DNA of 64,000 bases, taken from contig CACHGK010000006.1 of assembly GCA_902579395.1 (NCBI GenBank), positions 1,104-65,103 on the forward strand. The letters are read 5' to 3'. The position numbers and the translations under genes are program-made. The notes under the pieces were generated by a model. The model was not told the origin of the DNA and made no database searches. It saw only the letters and a program-made list of their open reading frames with translations. The stretch comes from an uncultured Alphaproteobacteria bacterium (GTDB lineage: Bacteria; Pseudomonadota; Alphaproteobacteria; Methylaequorales; Methylaequoraceae). This document shows positions 49,237 to 59,999 of the stretch, in pieces (the stretch's first letter is position 1; the number at the start of each line of letters is the position of its first letter).

Positions 49237-49886
49237 TAGTTACAGCCTTATTAAAAAGAAATGTGTTTTTTTCTGAGTTAATAAGATTACTCCAAGATGA
49301 GGGAATAAAGGTTTCTGCAAAGAAAGATGATTCTTCTTTAAAAAAAGTTTTATCTAAACCGGGAATAGTTTTATTAGAAATTGATTCTGAAAATAAATTA
49401 AAAACTATGTGCAAGGATTTTAAAATAAAAAATAATAAGTGCGAAGTTTTATGCGTTTTCAGAGAAAAATATGTTATGTCTCAAGATGTTAGAGGTGTAA
49501 AAACTATTTATCAGCCAATAATCTTTAATGAATTTCTTAAAACTATTTTAAACTTAAAAAGGACTTTTGAAACAATGGCGGAATCCATAAATTTAAAGAA
49601 TCTAGTTTTTTATCCAAAAAGTCTCAAGCTAGTAGACAATGATAATGAAAAAACAATTAAACTTACAGAATTAGAAAACAAATTAATTAAATTTATTATT
49701 CAGAGTAAAGGGGGCGCAACAAAAGCAGACCTTTTGTTGAATGTTTGGAAACATAAGAATAAGTTAGACACGCACACTTTAGAATCTTTAATTTACAGAT
49801 TAAGAAGAAAAATTGAAAAAGATCCGAATAATCCCGAGATTCTCAAACAAGTTAATAAGAAGTACTTTCTTAATATTAAATTTTAA
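49221..49886 (+). CDS. OmpR/PhoB-type winged-helix transcriptional regulator with a degenerate receiver-like N-terminal domain
   Basis: The C-terminal LTELENKLIKFIIQSKGGATKADLLLNVWKHKNKLDTHTLESLIYRLRRKIEKDPNNPEILKQVNKKYFL is a Trans_reg_C pattern. The N-terminal half has the receiver layout but lacks the acidic pocket and conserved Lys by manual alignment. Confidence 0.65.
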   Translation: MTKMPIVTALLKRNVFFSELIRLLQDEGIKVSAKKDDSSLKKVLSKPGIVLLEIDSENKLKTMCKDFKIKNNKCEVLCVFREKYVMSQDVRGVKTIYQPIIFNEFLKTILNLKRTFETMAESINLKNLVFYPKSLKLVDNDNEKTIKLTELENKLIKFIIQSKGGATKADLLLNVWKHKNKLDTHTLESLIYRLRRKIEKDPNNPEILKQVNKKYFLNIKF

Positions 49887-50482
49887 TTTATTTTGAACGG
49901 TATTTTTCTGGGATCTTCCCGCTCAATATCATAAAGTTCTTGAGAAATTTTGTTATTAAAGAAGAGGTTATCAAAAAAAACTTCTGTTTTTGTATTGTCT
50001 TTTTTTATAATTACCCATTTTTTCATTTTCAAAGGCTCCAATTCGAACAGAATCTCAATAATGCCTTTATCTTCAAGTTCCGAATTGACAATCAAAACAG
50101 AAAGAGTATTATTTTTCTTCTTGAGATCAATTATTTCTATTTCATCAAGGCTTAGTCCTTTAAAAAGAAAAAATCCTGCTGGTATTTCATCGAACGTATG
50201 AAAACTTATATTTTTAAGATCTTTATTGATTACTGCAAGTTTCTTTGAATCACAAATTAATAGAAGAGGGATTTGGTTATATTCAATCCTGAATTTTCCT
50301 GGCCGAGAGATATGTAAATTTCCAGATAATATCTCACCACTGTTGTTTACCTGAATAAAATCAGATTTTAGGGTGTTAAAACTTCCCAAGTAACTTAATA
50401 CGTTATCTTTATTTACGTTGCCAAAAGATTCATTATATATAAGAATATATACACTAATATAAATTAGTAATTTGATTAACAT
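49883..50482 (-). CDS. lolA: Outer-membrane lipoprotein carrier LolA
   Basis: Signal peptide and FIQVNNSGEILSGNLHISRPGKFRIEY, a LolA hallmark. Confidence 0.7.
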   Translation of the reverse strand: MLIKLLIYISVYILIYNESFGNVNKDNVLSYLGSFNTLKSDFIQVNNSGEILSGNLHISRPGKFRIEYNQIPLLLICDSKKLAVINKDLKNISFHTFDEIPAGFFLFKGLSLDEIEIIDLKKKNNTLSVLIVNSELEDKGIIEILFELEPLKMKKWVIIKKDNTKTEVFFDNLFFNNKISQELYDIEREDPRKIPFKIN

Positions 50483-52304
50483 GAAATCATCATATACGAA
50501 ATCAATAATTCCACACCTGTTAAGATTAAATTTATTTTTTCTTTTGTTTGTCTTGCTTAACGGATGTCAGATTGATCAGTCTGTAAGCTTAATTAAAGAA
50601 AAACTTTTTTCCGACGATGAAAATATCTCCAATGTAGATAAAGAAAGTGATAAAATAAATAATGATGAATCTGATAGAGAAATAAAAACATCAAAGAAGT
50701 CTGAAAAACACAAAAGTACAAAAATTAAAGAAAATGTAGAAAAAAATATTGTAGAAAAAAAAAGGAACGTTATTCCCAATGAACTAGCATTTAAAGAAAA
50801 GGGAAAAGCAAGAGATACAGACAGCAAAATAATATCTTTTTTTACTAAAATATTTGACACTGAGGAGGAAAATTTAACACCCTCACAGCTTTCTAAAGAC
50901 AACAACGAGAATAAAATTCAAAGTAAGACAATTGAAGTTATTGACGAAATTAATAAGGTTGAAACAGATAAAAAATTAAAATTAGACTACATAAAAAAAA
51001 CTGATATAGAAACCATAAATAGGAATGAAATAGAACCAACTGAGAAAATTGGATCAGAAGATAGTATTTCTTTAAAAAATAATGAAGACGTTACTTACGA
51101 AAATAATGATAATCAATATATTAAAGAGGATGAAGGGAATTTCGCTTTTTTACAATTGAAAAGGCCTAAGAAAAAAATTGAGAAAAAGGAAATTGACAAT
51201 GTTGTTGGACTTCTTCTGCCACTAACAGGAAAAAAGAGTGCTGCAGGCAACTTAGTTATTAACTCTCTTCGATACAGTATGTTGTTGAAGCCAAATCAGT
51301 TGAACTTTAAAATTTTTGATACCAAAGGGGCACCAGAGGGAGCAATAGAAGCAGCAAAACAAGGAATAAAAAATGGTGTCAAAACCTTTATCGGTCCAAT
51401 TTTCTCTGATGAAACAAAAGAAGTAAAAAAATACTTTGATAATAAAGACGATTTAATATTCTTTAGTTTATCCCCAGACCTCACAAATGTATCAAAAAAT
51501 ATTATCGTCTCCGGGCAAAATCCTGAAGAACAAGTTTCTTGTATTATTCAGAAGCTAGCTCAAAATCTGTCATCCAAAATTCTTGTCATACATCATTCTG
51601 ACAAATATGGACATGTGATTAAAAACAGTTTTTCAAAATTTACCAAAAATTTTGGTGTATCAAGATTTGCTTCAATTGAATTTTTTGAAATGTATGAAGA
51701 TATGAATTTAAATGATGAAATAAAAAAAATAAGTAGATTTGATGACAGAAAAAGGAGACTTAAAAATGAAATAAAAAAAATTAAGCTAGATAAGTCAATT
51801 GATAAAGAATTAAAAAAACAGCAAATCACTAATTTAGAAAGAAAACTTACATTGGATACTCCATTTGACTCTGTAATTATCGCTTCTCAAGGCGATGCAT
51901 TACTTGAAATATTATCTCATTTGGCTTTTTACGATATTAATTCTGATAACACAGATATATATGGTACCAGTCTATGGGAGGATACTGATAAAAAGGATAA
52001 TGTGTATGAAGGGACATTTTATGTTACAAGTCTCAAAGATAAAAACAAAGAATATATTAAAAATTTTAAAGACGTCTTTTCGAGAGATCCCTTGTCATTA
52101 AGTTTTTATATTCACGATTTAATTGGGTTAGTTCAAAATCTTAAAGTTGTAAATAATGATGAGATAAGAAATGAGGTTTTCTACGGAGAATTCAGTAATA
52201 GCAAAATTAAGTCAGGTTTATTGCAAAGACAAATTTATATAAGAAAAATCAGAAAAGATGAAAAGACTGAGGAAGTTTCTAGCTGTCGTTTAGATGAGAT
52301 TTAA
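50472..52304 (+). CDS. Lipoprotein with a K/E/D-rich linker and a C-terminal type-1 periplasmic-binding-fold domain (LpoA/LppC-like PBP activator)
   Basis: Lipobox LLNGCQ and about 200 aa of low-complexity charged sequence. This is followed by VGLLLPLTGKKSAAGNLV...IFDTKGAPEGAIEAAKQGIKNGVKTFIGPIFSDE, typical of LpoA-like or Leu/Ile/Val-binding folds. Confidence 0.5.
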   Translation: MINMKSSYTKSIIPHLLRLNLFFLLFVLLNGCQIDQSVSLIKEKLFSDDENISNVDKESDKINNDESDREIKTSKKSEKHKSTKIKENVEKNIVEKKRNVIPNELAFKEKGKARDTDSKIISFFTKIFDTEEENLTPSQLSKDNNENKIQSKTIEVIDEINKVETDKKLKLDYIKKTDIETINRNEIEPTEKIGSEDSISLKNNEDVTYENNDNQYIKEDEGNFAFLQLKRPKKKIEKKEIDNVVGLLLPLTGKKSAAGNLVINSLRYSMLLKPNQLNFKIFDTKGAPEGAIEAAKQGIKNGVKTFIGPIFSDETKEVKKYFDNKDDLIFFSLSPDLTNVSKNIIVSGQNPEEQVSCIIQKLAQNLSSKILVIHHSDKYGHVIKNSFSKFTKNFGVSRFASIEFFEMYEDMNLNDEIKKISRFDDRKRRLKNEIKKIKLDKSIDKELKKQQITNLERKLTLDTPFDSVIIASQGDALLEILSHLAFYDINSDNTDIYGTSLWEDTDKKDNVYEGTFYVTSLKDKNKEYIKNFKDVFSRDPLSLSFYIHDLIGLVQNLKVVNNDEIRNEVFYGEFSNSKIKSGLLQRQIYIRKIRKDEKTEEVSSCRLDEI

Positions 52305-52893
52305 TTAATTTTTTTAAGGCCACACTTCTGTGGTCAATTCTAATTTTTTTTTGATGTTCTAGCTCTCCAAATGTTTTTTCTCCGCCTTGAGGAATAAAAA
52401 AAGGATCATATCCAAATCCATTCTCCCCCCTTGGCGGCCATACAATATTTCCAAATACTTCTCCATTATATGAATAAATAAGATCATTAGGGAATTTAAT
52501 ACTCAGTGAACAGAAAAATTTTGCTTCAAATCTCCCCCCTCCTTCATTAATTATCTTTTCATAAATTATTTTCATAGAATTTTGCCATCCTCCATTTTGA
52601 TGTGAAAATCTTGCTGAATAAATTCCTGGCTGGTTGTTTAGACTTGTAACACAAAGCCCAGAGTCATCTGAAAGCGCTACATATTCATTTGGTATACTTT
52701 TTACCTTTAATATAGAATTTTCCTTAAAAGATTTTCCTGTTTCCTCTACATCATTTATATTTAAATCCGACGAGGTGAGTATTTTTAAACTAAATGGTTT
52801 GAGAAGTGTTTTAAATTCTTCAATTTTTCCTTTGTTATGACTAGCAAGAATTAATGTGTCACCTGAGTTTAGTTTTGGTTTATTCAATTGCAT
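52279..52893 (-). CDS. rdgB: dITP/XTP pyrophosphatase RdgB (HAM1 family)
   Basis: LASHNKGKIEEF and GFGYDPFF motifs. Confidence 0.9.
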   Translation of the reverse strand: MQLNKPKLNSGDTLILASHNKGKIEEFKTLLKPFSLKILTSSDLNINDVEETGKSFKENSILKVKSIPNEYVALSDDSGLCVTSLNNQPGIYSARFSHQNGGWQNSMKIIYEKIINEGGGRFEAKFFCSLSIKFPNDLIYSYNGEVFGNIVWPPRGENGFGYDPFFIPQGGEKTFGELEHQKKIRIDHRSVALKKLIKSHLNDS

Positions 52894-53593
52894 TAATTTG
52901 TTTTTTAAATATTTCTTTAATTGTCAGATTTGTCATTTCTAGCATTTTTAACATCGAATCAGTTGAAAATGTACTTTTTTCACCTGAAATTTGTACTTCA
53001 GAAAAACCTGAACTTTTCGTAATAACGAAATTTGCATCTACATCCGCTCTTGAATCTTCGGAATAATCTAAATCAATCATAACTTCGTCATTAACAATCC
53101 CGCATGAAATAGCAGCTATATAATCAAGTATTGGATTTTTTTTAATTAGATCTTTTAACAAACATTGCTTAATTGCTAAACTTAATGCAACAAAACCTCC
53201 AGTAATACTCGCAGTTCTTGTCCCACCGTCAGCTTGTATCACATCACAATCTATAATAATTTGATATCCGTTTAGATAATCCAAATTTGTAATAGAACGT
53301 AATGACCTTCCTATTAATCTTTGAATCTCGATTGTTCTTCCAGTTTGCTTGCCGCTTCTTGATTCTCTTTTATTTCTTGTGTTTGTTGATCCAGGGAGCA
53401 TTCCATATTCGGCTGTTATCCATCCAGAGTTTTTATTCTTTATCCATTTTGGCAGGTCATCATCAATGAAGGCAGTGCATATCACTTTGGTTTCACCATA
53501 GTTAATTATGCAAGAACCATCAGCATTTTTGCTTATATTTTTTTCTATAAAGATTTCTCTTGATTGATGATTTTTCCTGTTGAATTTTCTCAC
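52880..53593 (-). CDS. rph: Ribonuclease PH
   Basis: GSCIINYGETKVICTA, GRTIEIQRLIGRSLR and DCDVIQADGGTRTASITG motifs. Confidence 0.94.
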   Translation of the reverse strand: MRKFNRKNHQSREIFIEKNISKNADGSCIINYGETKVICTAFIDDDLPKWIKNKNSGWITAEYGMLPGSTNTRNKRESRSGKQTGRTIEIQRLIGRSLRSITNLDYLNGYQIIIDCDVIQADGGTRTASITGGFVALSLAIKQCLLKDLIKKNPILDYIAAISCGIVNDEVMIDLDYSEDSRADVDANFVITKSSGFSEVQISGEKSTFSTDSMLKMLEMTNLTIKEIFKKQINAIE

Positions 53594-53635
53594 GCCAAAA
53601 TATAACTTAGTTTTAGTTATGTATTATTAATAATT

Positions 53636-54736
53636 ATGCAAAAGAAAAACAATCCTAAAGTTGGAAAAAATAAATTGAATGACCACCCAACTTCTCACTT
53701 ATTTGATTTAGATCAAAGATCTAAAAAGATTTTCAGATTAATTGTAAATGATTTTCTTAAAGACGGAAAACCAGTAGGTTCTAGAAAATTATCAATTAAA
53801 ATGGGAGAAAAACTTTCAGCGGCGTCTGTACGTAATGTTATGTTTGACTTACAAGAGGCTGGATTACTTAGATCAAACCACACCTCTGCTGGAAGGATAC
53901 CAACAGATCTTGGGTTGAGATTTTTTGTTGATGGATTATTACAAGTAGGTAAATTAACAAATAACCAATGCTCTGAAATTGAGAAAGTAATAAATGGAAA
54001 ATTACAAAATGTTGAGGAGATGTTCAGTGAGACAAGCTCTTTGTTATCAGGTCTTCTTGATTGCGCTGGGATTGTGCTTGCTCCAAAGCTGGAAGGTTTT
54101 ATAAAACATATTGAGTTTGTTCCTGTTAGTAATGAAAAAGCTTTAGTTATTCTCGTAACTGAAACAGGAATTATTGAAAATAGAATAATTGAGGTTCCCA
54201 AGGGTCTTCCAGCGTCTTTATTAGTCGAAACAACAAATTATTTGAATTCAATTATTAAAGGAAAAACTTTGCAAGAAAGTAAAAAGATCATAATTAATCA
54301 AATTAAAGACGATAAAAAATATATAGATAAAGTCACAAAAAATTTAATAGAACAAGGATTTGCATGTTGGGACAATGCAAGCAAAAAAAATAAATTAATA
54401 GTTACGGGGACCTCAAAACTTCTAGAAGATGTAAAAGCTATGGAACAACTAGAAGATGTGAGAATATTAATTGAAAAACTTGAAAATAAAAAAAATTTAA
54501 TGGGTGTTATTGATGAAACTCTCCAAGCTGAGGGTTTACAAATTTTTATAGGGTCGGAAAATAATCTTTTTGGGCTTACTGGTTGTTCTACAATTATAAG
54601 TCCATTCAAAAATAAGAAAAAAGAAATAATTGGTGCAATTGGTGTTATAGGTCCAATGAGAATTAACTATGCAAAGATAATTCCTGTAGTTGATTATACA
54701 GCGAAACTTATTGGTGAAAAATTTGAGATTAAATAA
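53636..54736 (+). CDS. hrcA: Heat-inducible transcription repressor HrcA
   Basis: N-terminal wHTH (PVGSRKLS...LSAASVRNVMFDLQEAGLL), 366 aa, upstream of grpE. Confidence 0.9.
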   Translation: MQKKNNPKVGKNKLNDHPTSHLFDLDQRSKKIFRLIVNDFLKDGKPVGSRKLSIKMGEKLSAASVRNVMFDLQEAGLLRSNHTSAGRIPTDLGLRFFVDGLLQVGKLTNNQCSEIEKVINGKLQNVEEMFSETSSLLSGLLDCAGIVLAPKLEGFIKHIEFVPVSNEKALVILVTETGIIENRIIEVPKGLPASLLVETTNYLNSIIKGKTLQESKKIIINQIKDDKKYIDKVTKNLIEQGFACWDNASKKNKLIVTGTSKLLEDVKAMEQLEDVRILIEKLENKKNLMGVIDETLQAEGLQIFIGSENNLFGLTGCSTIISPFKNKKKEIIGAIGVIGPMRINYAKIIPVVDYTAKLIGEKFEIK

Positions 54737-54756
54737 TAAATTTTAAGGAGGTACTT

Positions 54757-55353
54757 ATGAATAAAAAAACCGAAAAAAATTCGAATATAAAAAAAGATTT
54801 TAAAGAAAATCTCCAAAGTGAATCAAAGAAAAATGCGAAAATTAACATTTCCAAGTCAATTGATGAAAAAGATAAAATGATAGCTGATTTAAAAGTTAAA
54901 TTGAAAGAAGCAGAAGATAAGTTATTGAGAGAATTAGCAGAAAATGAAAATCTCAGAAAAAGGCACGAAAAAGAAACGCAAGATAATTATAAATATGCAA
55001 TTAAGAATTTTTCTTATGATTTATTAAATGTTACAGATAATTTGCAGAGGGCATTAATTTCTGTTCCAAAAGATAATGAAGAAACACCAATTTTAAAAAA
55101 TTTAGTAATTGGTCTTCAGGCAGTTGAAAAGGAAATTTATGAAATATTTGAGAAAAATGGTGTAAAAAGATTTAACTCTTTAAAAGAAAAATTTGACCCC
55201 GAGATTCATCAAGCTGTTTCAAAAAAAGATAGTGATCAGCCAGAGGGAATCGTAATTGAAGAATTACAAAAGGGTTTTATGATTGAGGATCGTTTGCTAA
55301 GACCATCTATGGTTATCGTATCGTCTGGAAAGAAGAATGATAAAAACAGCTAA
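54757..55353 (+). CDS. grpE: Nucleotide exchange factor GrpE
   Basis: RELAENENLRKR, DPEIHQAV and LRPSMVIVS motifs. Confidence 0.93.
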   Translation: MNKKTEKNSNIKKDFKENLQSESKKNAKINISKSIDEKDKMIADLKVKLKEAEDKLLRELAENENLRKRHEKETQDNYKYAIKNFSYDLLNVTDNLQRALISVPKDNEETPILKNLVIGLQAVEKEIYEIFEKNGVKRFNSLKEKFDPEIHQAVSKKDSDQPEGIVIEELQKGFMIEDRLLRPSMVIVSSGKKNDKNS

Positions 55354-55964
55354 TCAATCCTTGGCTCGTATATTCGAAGAGTTATATTAATTCTACAGTC
55401 TAAAGGAAATTTTTCTTTCATTTCATTCAAAATATTTTTTTTTATTTTTATTATTTTTTCTATACCGTGGTAATCAAGACGAGAATCTCCATCCATAACA
55501 ACAATTGAACCAGATTCAAGATATACCTTTCTTAAATTATTTTTATCTTTTCCATACTTAAAAACACCAATGCTTCCTAAAGATATCGATAAAACAGGAT
55601 TATTAAAGTTGTTCTCATCTTTGTCTTGATGCAACCCCAGAGATGACGAGGGATATTTATAAAGATTTATAAGACATGAGTTTGGTAATGAATAATCACG
55701 ACAATAACATTTCCAAATCTCTAAAAAGAATTTCGGGATTACTGGCCATTTTTTTTTAGTAATTGGATGTTTGGTTACATATCCATAACCGTTTATATCA
55801 GATTTCCATCCCCATTTACCGGCGTTTGTAATTAATATTTTAAATGGTCGGTTAAATCTAGGTGTTTTAGGTAAAAACAATGGAGATTCCTTGAAAATTT
55901 TTATTATTTCGTTAGAGATAATCAATTGTTCTTCTATATTCAGTTGATTAAAAAAAAATTTCAT
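55350..55964 (-). CDS. alkB: Alpha-ketoglutarate/Fe(II)-dependent dioxygenase AlkB
   Basis: HQDKDE (HxD), ISLG and RINITLR (RxNxTxR) motifs. Confidence 0.78.
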   Translation of the reverse strand: MKFFFNQLNIEEQLIISNEIIKIFKESPLFLPKTPRFNRPFKILITNAGKWGWKSDINGYGYVTKHPITKKKWPVIPKFFLEIWKCYCRDYSLPNSCLINLYKYPSSSLGLHQDKDENNFNNPVLSISLGSIGVFKYGKDKNNLRKVYLESGSIVVMDGDSRLDYHGIEKIIKIKKNILNEMKEKFPLDCRINITLRIYEPRID

Positions 55965-56089
55965 TTTCTTCTTGATTTAACTCTTGTTTCTATAATATAA
56001 ATTAATAGCTTTATGTACAATTGCCAAATAATGCCTTAAGGGTTATTTTGCAATTCTGTCCAATTTAACTAGGAAGAAAAGGAGCCAAA

Positions 56090-58072
56090 ATGTCAGTTAT
56101 AGGTATCGACTTAGGTACAACAAATTCATGTGTTGCCATTATGGATGGCAAAGAACCAAAAGTTATAGAAAATGTTGAAGGAACAAGAACTACACCTTCA
56201 ATGGTTGCTTTTGCTGAAAATGATGATCAGTTAGTGGGTCAGTCAGCTAAAAGACAAGCAGTTACAAATCCTGAAAAAACACTATTTGCTATTAAAAGAT
56301 TGATTGGCAGAAGGATGGATGACGAATCTGTTAAGAAAGATATTGAAATTCTCCCATACAAAATTGTTGGAGGTGACAATGATGATGCATGGGTATTGAT
56401 TGGTGATAAAAAATATTCTCCGAGTCAGATTAGTGCAATGATTTTGCAAAAAATGAAGGAGACAGCAGAGAAATTTCTTGGCAAGCCGGTTAAAGAAGCA
56501 GTAATAACTGTCCCAGCTTATTTTAACGATGCCCAACGACAGGCAACAAAAGATGCCGGTAAGATCGCTGGGCTTGACGTTAAAAGGATTATTAATGAAC
56601 CAACTGCCGCAGCTTTGGCATATGGGTTAGACAAAAAAAAAACAGGCACAGTGGCAGTCTATGATTTAGGTGGAGGAACGTTTGACATTTCTATTTTAGA
56701 GATTGGGGATGGAGTTTTCGAAGTTAAAGCTACTAATGGAGACACTAAACTCGGAGGAGAGGACTTCGATAATTTATTAATTGATTACTTTGCTAGCGAA
56801 TTTAAAAAGGAACAGTCTATTGATTTAAAAAAAGATAAGTTAGCTCTTCAAAGATTGAAGGAAGCAGCAGAAAAAGCTAAGATTGAATTATCTACCACAC
56901 CTCAAACCGAGGTGAATCTACCTTTTATAACAGCAGATGCTTCTGGTCCTAAACATTTAAACATTAAACTTTCTAGATCAAAATTTGAATCTTTAGTTTC
57001 AGACCTCGTTGATAGATCAATTGAACCTTGTAAGCAAGCACTCAAAGATGCTGGTTTGAGCGCAGGAGAGATTAATGACGTAATTTTGGTTGGTGGAATG
57101 ACAAGAATGCCCAAGGTTATAGAGGCTGTTAAAAATTTTTTTGGAAAGGAACCTAATAGAAGTGTTAATCCAGATGAAGTTGTTGCTCTAGGCGCTGCGG
57201 TTCAAGGTGGTGTGTTGTCAGGTGATGTTAAAGATGTATTATTACTTGACGTAACTCCATTATCATTGGGTATTGAGACGTTGGGTGGTGTTTTTACTAA
57301 ATTAATAGAAAAAAACACAACGATACCCACTAATAAAAGTCAAACTTTTTCTACAGCAGATGACAACCAATCCGCTGTTACAATCAGAGTCTTTCAAGGA
57401 GAGCGACAAATAGCAGCAGATAATAAACTTCTTGGACAATTTGATCTTGTAGGTATTCCGCCAGCTCCAAAAGGAACTCCTCAAATAGAGGTTACTTTTG
57501 ACATAGATGCAAACGGCATTGTTAAAGTGTCGGCAAAAGACAAAGCAACAGGGAAAGAGCATCAAATTCAAATAAAGGCATCTGGAGGGCTTTCCGATGA
57601 AGAGATTGAGAAAATGGTTAAAGATGCTGAAGCTAATGCTGATTCAGATAAAAAGAAATTAGAAACGATTGAAGCAAGAAATAATGCCGACTCTATCATT
57701 CATAGTACCGAGAAAAGTTTGAAAGAGCATGGAGCTAAAATTCCGAAGGAAGATAAAGACAAGATTGAAAAATCCTTAAACAGTCTTAAAGAATGTTTTA
57801 AGGACGAAAAAGCTGATATAAAAGTTTTGAAAGAAAAGACAGATACATTAATTCAAGATTCAATGAAACTTGGAGAAATCATGTATAAGGAAGCTCAAGA
57901 AAAAGCAGCTAAAGACAAACAAAATGAATCCGATTCAAAAAGTAAATCAGATAAACCCAAGAAAGGTAAATCGAAGAAAAGTGAAGATGTTATGGAAGCA
58001 GATTTTGAAGATGTAACAGACAAGAAAAAAGACAAATCGGGCGATGACGACAAAAAGGAGAAGTCCGCCTAA
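56090..58072 (+). CDS. dnaK: Chaperone DnaK (Hsp70)
   Basis: [18 protein letters not shown] and [11 protein letters not shown] signatures. 660 aa. Confidence 0.98.
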   Translation: MSVIGIDLGTTNSCVAIMDGKEPKVIENVEGTRTTPSMVAFAENDDQLVGQSAKRQAVTNPEKTLFAIKRLIGRRMDDESVKKDIEILPYKIVGGDNDDAWVLIGDKKYSPSQISAMILQKMKETAEKFLGKPVKEAVITVPAYFNDAQRQATKDAGKIAGLDVKRIINEPTAAALAYGLDKKKTGTVAVYDLGGGTFDISILEIGDGVFEVKATNGDTKLGGEDFDNLLIDYFASEFKKEQSIDLKKDKLALQRLKEAAEKAKIELSTTPQTEVNLPFITADASGPKHLNIKLSRSKFESLVSDLVDRSIEPCKQALKDAGLSAGEINDVILVGGMTRMPKVIEAVKNFFGKEPNRSVNPDEVVALGAAVQGGVLSGDVKDVLLLDVTPLSLGIETLGGVFTKLIEKNTTIPTNKSQTFSTADDNQSAVTIRVFQGERQIAADNKLLGQFDLVGIPPAPKGTPQIEVTFDIDANGIVKVSAKDKATGKEHQIQIKASGGLSDEEIEKMVKDAEANADSDKKKLETIEARNNADSIIHSTEKSLKEHGAKIPKEDKDKIEKSLNSLKECFKDEKADIKVLKEKTDTLIQDSMKLGEIMYKEAQEKAAKDKQNESDSKSKSDKPKKGKSKKSEDVMEADFEDVTDKKKDKSGDDDKKEKSA

Positions 58073-58083
58073 TTAAATAAATT

Positions 58084-59205
58084 ATGTCAAAAAATGATTA
58101 TTATGAGGTTCTAGGGGTAACAAAAACAACTGACCCTGCTAGTATCAAAAGTTCGTACAGAAAACTTGCTATGAAATATCATCCAGATAAGAATCCGGGT
58201 GATAAAGATGCTGAAAAGAAATTTAAAGAAATTTCGGAAGCCTATGAAGTCCTATCTAATCCGGAGAAAAAAGAGGCTTACGACACATATGGACACGATG
58301 CATTTTCACAATCGGGGGGTCCTGGCTTCTCTGAGGGTTTTGGAGGTTTTGGAAGTTTCTCTGATATTTTCGATGACTTTTTTGGTGATTTTGGAGGAAG
58401 GGCTGCTCCAAAAAGAGATCAGAGAGGACAAGACTTAAAATATGAAATTGAAATAGATTTGAGAGAAGCATTCACAGGTATTAAAAAAGAGATAAACTTT
58501 GATACATTAATTAGATGTGATGTTTGCGGAGGTTCTGGCTCAGAAAGAGGCAGTGGTATGAAAGATTGTGGAATCTGCGGAGGGTCAGGGCGAACCAGAG
58601 CATCTCAGGGGTTTTTTACTGTTGAAAGGACTTGTTCATCATGTGGTGGAGCAGGTCAGACCATAACGGATCCCTGTTCTTCATGCAGCGGTGAGGGCAG
58701 AAGAAGAAAAAATAGAAAGTTAGAAGTTAATATCCCAGCTGGCGTTGAGGACGGTAGTAGAATCAGATTGTCTGGTGAAGGTGCAGTTGGGCAAAACGGT
58801 TCTTCTCCTGGGGATCTTTATTTGTTTGTCTCCATGCAAGAACACCCAATATTTGGAAGGAATGGAACAGAAATTTTTTGTAATGTACCAATATCGATTG
58901 TTGATGCTTCATTGGGTGGTTCAGTTGAAGTGCCAACGGTTTCAGGTGGAAGGGTTAAAGTAAAAGTACCTGCTGGTTCTCAGCATGGAGATCAATTCAG
59001 GTTAAATGGAAAAGGAATGCCGACGCTGCGATCAACTTCTTTTGGTGATATGATTATCTCTCTTATTATTGAAATTCCTAAGAATTTATCTGATAATCAA
59101 AAAAGATTACTAAAAGAATTTAATGATGAGCTTAGTCATAATAACAGTCCAGAGAGCTCTGGTTTTTTCTCGAAAGTGAAAGACTTTTGGGACGGTTTAA
59201 CTTAA
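58084..59205 (+). CDS. dnaJ: Co-chaperone DnaJ
   Basis: J domain with HPD (KYHPDKN), a G/F region and four CxxCxGxG zinc-finger repeats. Confidence 0.97.
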   Translation: MSKNDYYEVLGVTKTTDPASIKSSYRKLAMKYHPDKNPGDKDAEKKFKEISEAYEVLSNPEKKEAYDTYGHDAFSQSGGPGFSEGFGGFGSFSDIFDDFFGDFGGRAAPKRDQRGQDLKYEIEIDLREAFTGIKKEINFDTLIRCDVCGGSGSERGSGMKDCGICGGSGRTRASQGFFTVERTCSSCGGAGQTITDPCSSCSGEGRRRKNRKLEVNIPAGVEDGSRIRLSGEGAVGQNGSSPGDLYLFVSMQEHPIFGRNGTEIFCNVPISIVDASLGGSVEVPTVSGGRVKVKVPAGSQHGDQFRLNGKGMPTLRSTSFGDMIISLIIEIPKNLSDNQKRLLKEFNDELSHNNSPESSGFFSKVKDFWDGLT

Positions 59206-59214
59206 GATCAGAAA

Positions 59215-59997
59215 ATGAATTCACTAAAAATAGGAGTTTTTGGTCCAGGTGGTAGAATGGGAATGGATATCGTTAAACAACTTAAAGGCTTCAATTCATT
59301 AAAATTAAATTTCCTATGTGAAAAAAAAGGACACGACATTGTTGGAAAAAAGATTTCAGGAATAGTTGTTGAAGATGATGTTAAGAAACTTGTTAGCTCA
59401 AGTGAAGTTATAATAGACTTTACGGTGCCGTCAGCCACTCTAAATTTAATGAAAATAATGAATGAGATAAGAAAAAAACCTGCTCTTGTAACTGGTACAA
59501 CAGGCTTTAGTAAATACGAAGAGAAAAAATTCAATTCGTTATCTGATGGAATGACAATTTTAAGATCATTTAACATGAGTTTTGGTGTCAATCTTTTAAA
59601 AAAAATTGTGAAAGTTACGTCAAAAAATATTGGACATGCCTCTGACATTGAAATAGTAGAAATTCACCATAATCAAAAAAGAGATACACCCTCCGGCACA
59701 TCTTTATCTCTTGCTAGTTCTGTGACGGAAGGCAATAAGAAAATAAAAAGGCACCTTTATAGAGAAAAAAATGCTAATAAAGCTAGAGAGAAAAATGAAA
59801 TAGGCTTTGCTTCTATTCGAGGGGGAGACGTTGTCGGCGAACATTCTGTTTACTTTTTTTTAGATGGCGAAAGGTTGGAACTCAAACATATTGCATCAGA
59901 TAGAAAAGTCTTCTCAATAGGGGCAATCAAGGCAGCAAAATGGCTCTATAATAAAAAACCAGGCTTGTATACAATAATGGATATGGTAAAAAATTAG
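59215..59997 (+). CDS. dapB: 4-hydroxy-tetrahydrodipicolinate reductase DapB
   Basis: IGVFGPGGRMG and EIVEIHHNQKRDTPSGT motifs. Confidence 0.9.
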   Translation: MNSLKIGVFGPGGRMGMDIVKQLKGFNSLKLNFLCEKKGHDIVGKKISGIVVEDDVKKLVSSSEVIIDFTVPSATLNLMKIMNEIRKKPALVTGTTGFSKYEEKKFNSLSDGMTILRSFNMSFGVNLLKKIVKVTSKNIGHASDIEIVEIHHNQKRDTPSGTSLSLASSVTEGNKKIKRHLYREKNANKAREKNEIGFASIRGGDVVGEHSVYFFLDGERLELKHIASDRKVFSIGAIKAAKWLYNKKPGLYTIMDMVKN

Positions 59998-59999
59998 AT

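Noticed and set aside
53594-56089. Looked for CIRCE (TTAGCACTC-N9-GAGTGCTAA) or clear sigma-32 promoters upstream of hrcA-grpE and dnaK-dnaJ.
   Set aside because: No CIRCE-like inverted repeat was found. Upstream of dnaK there is CTTGAT...TATAAT, but the spacing does not fit either the sigma-70 or the alphaproteobacterial sigma-32 consensus convincingly.
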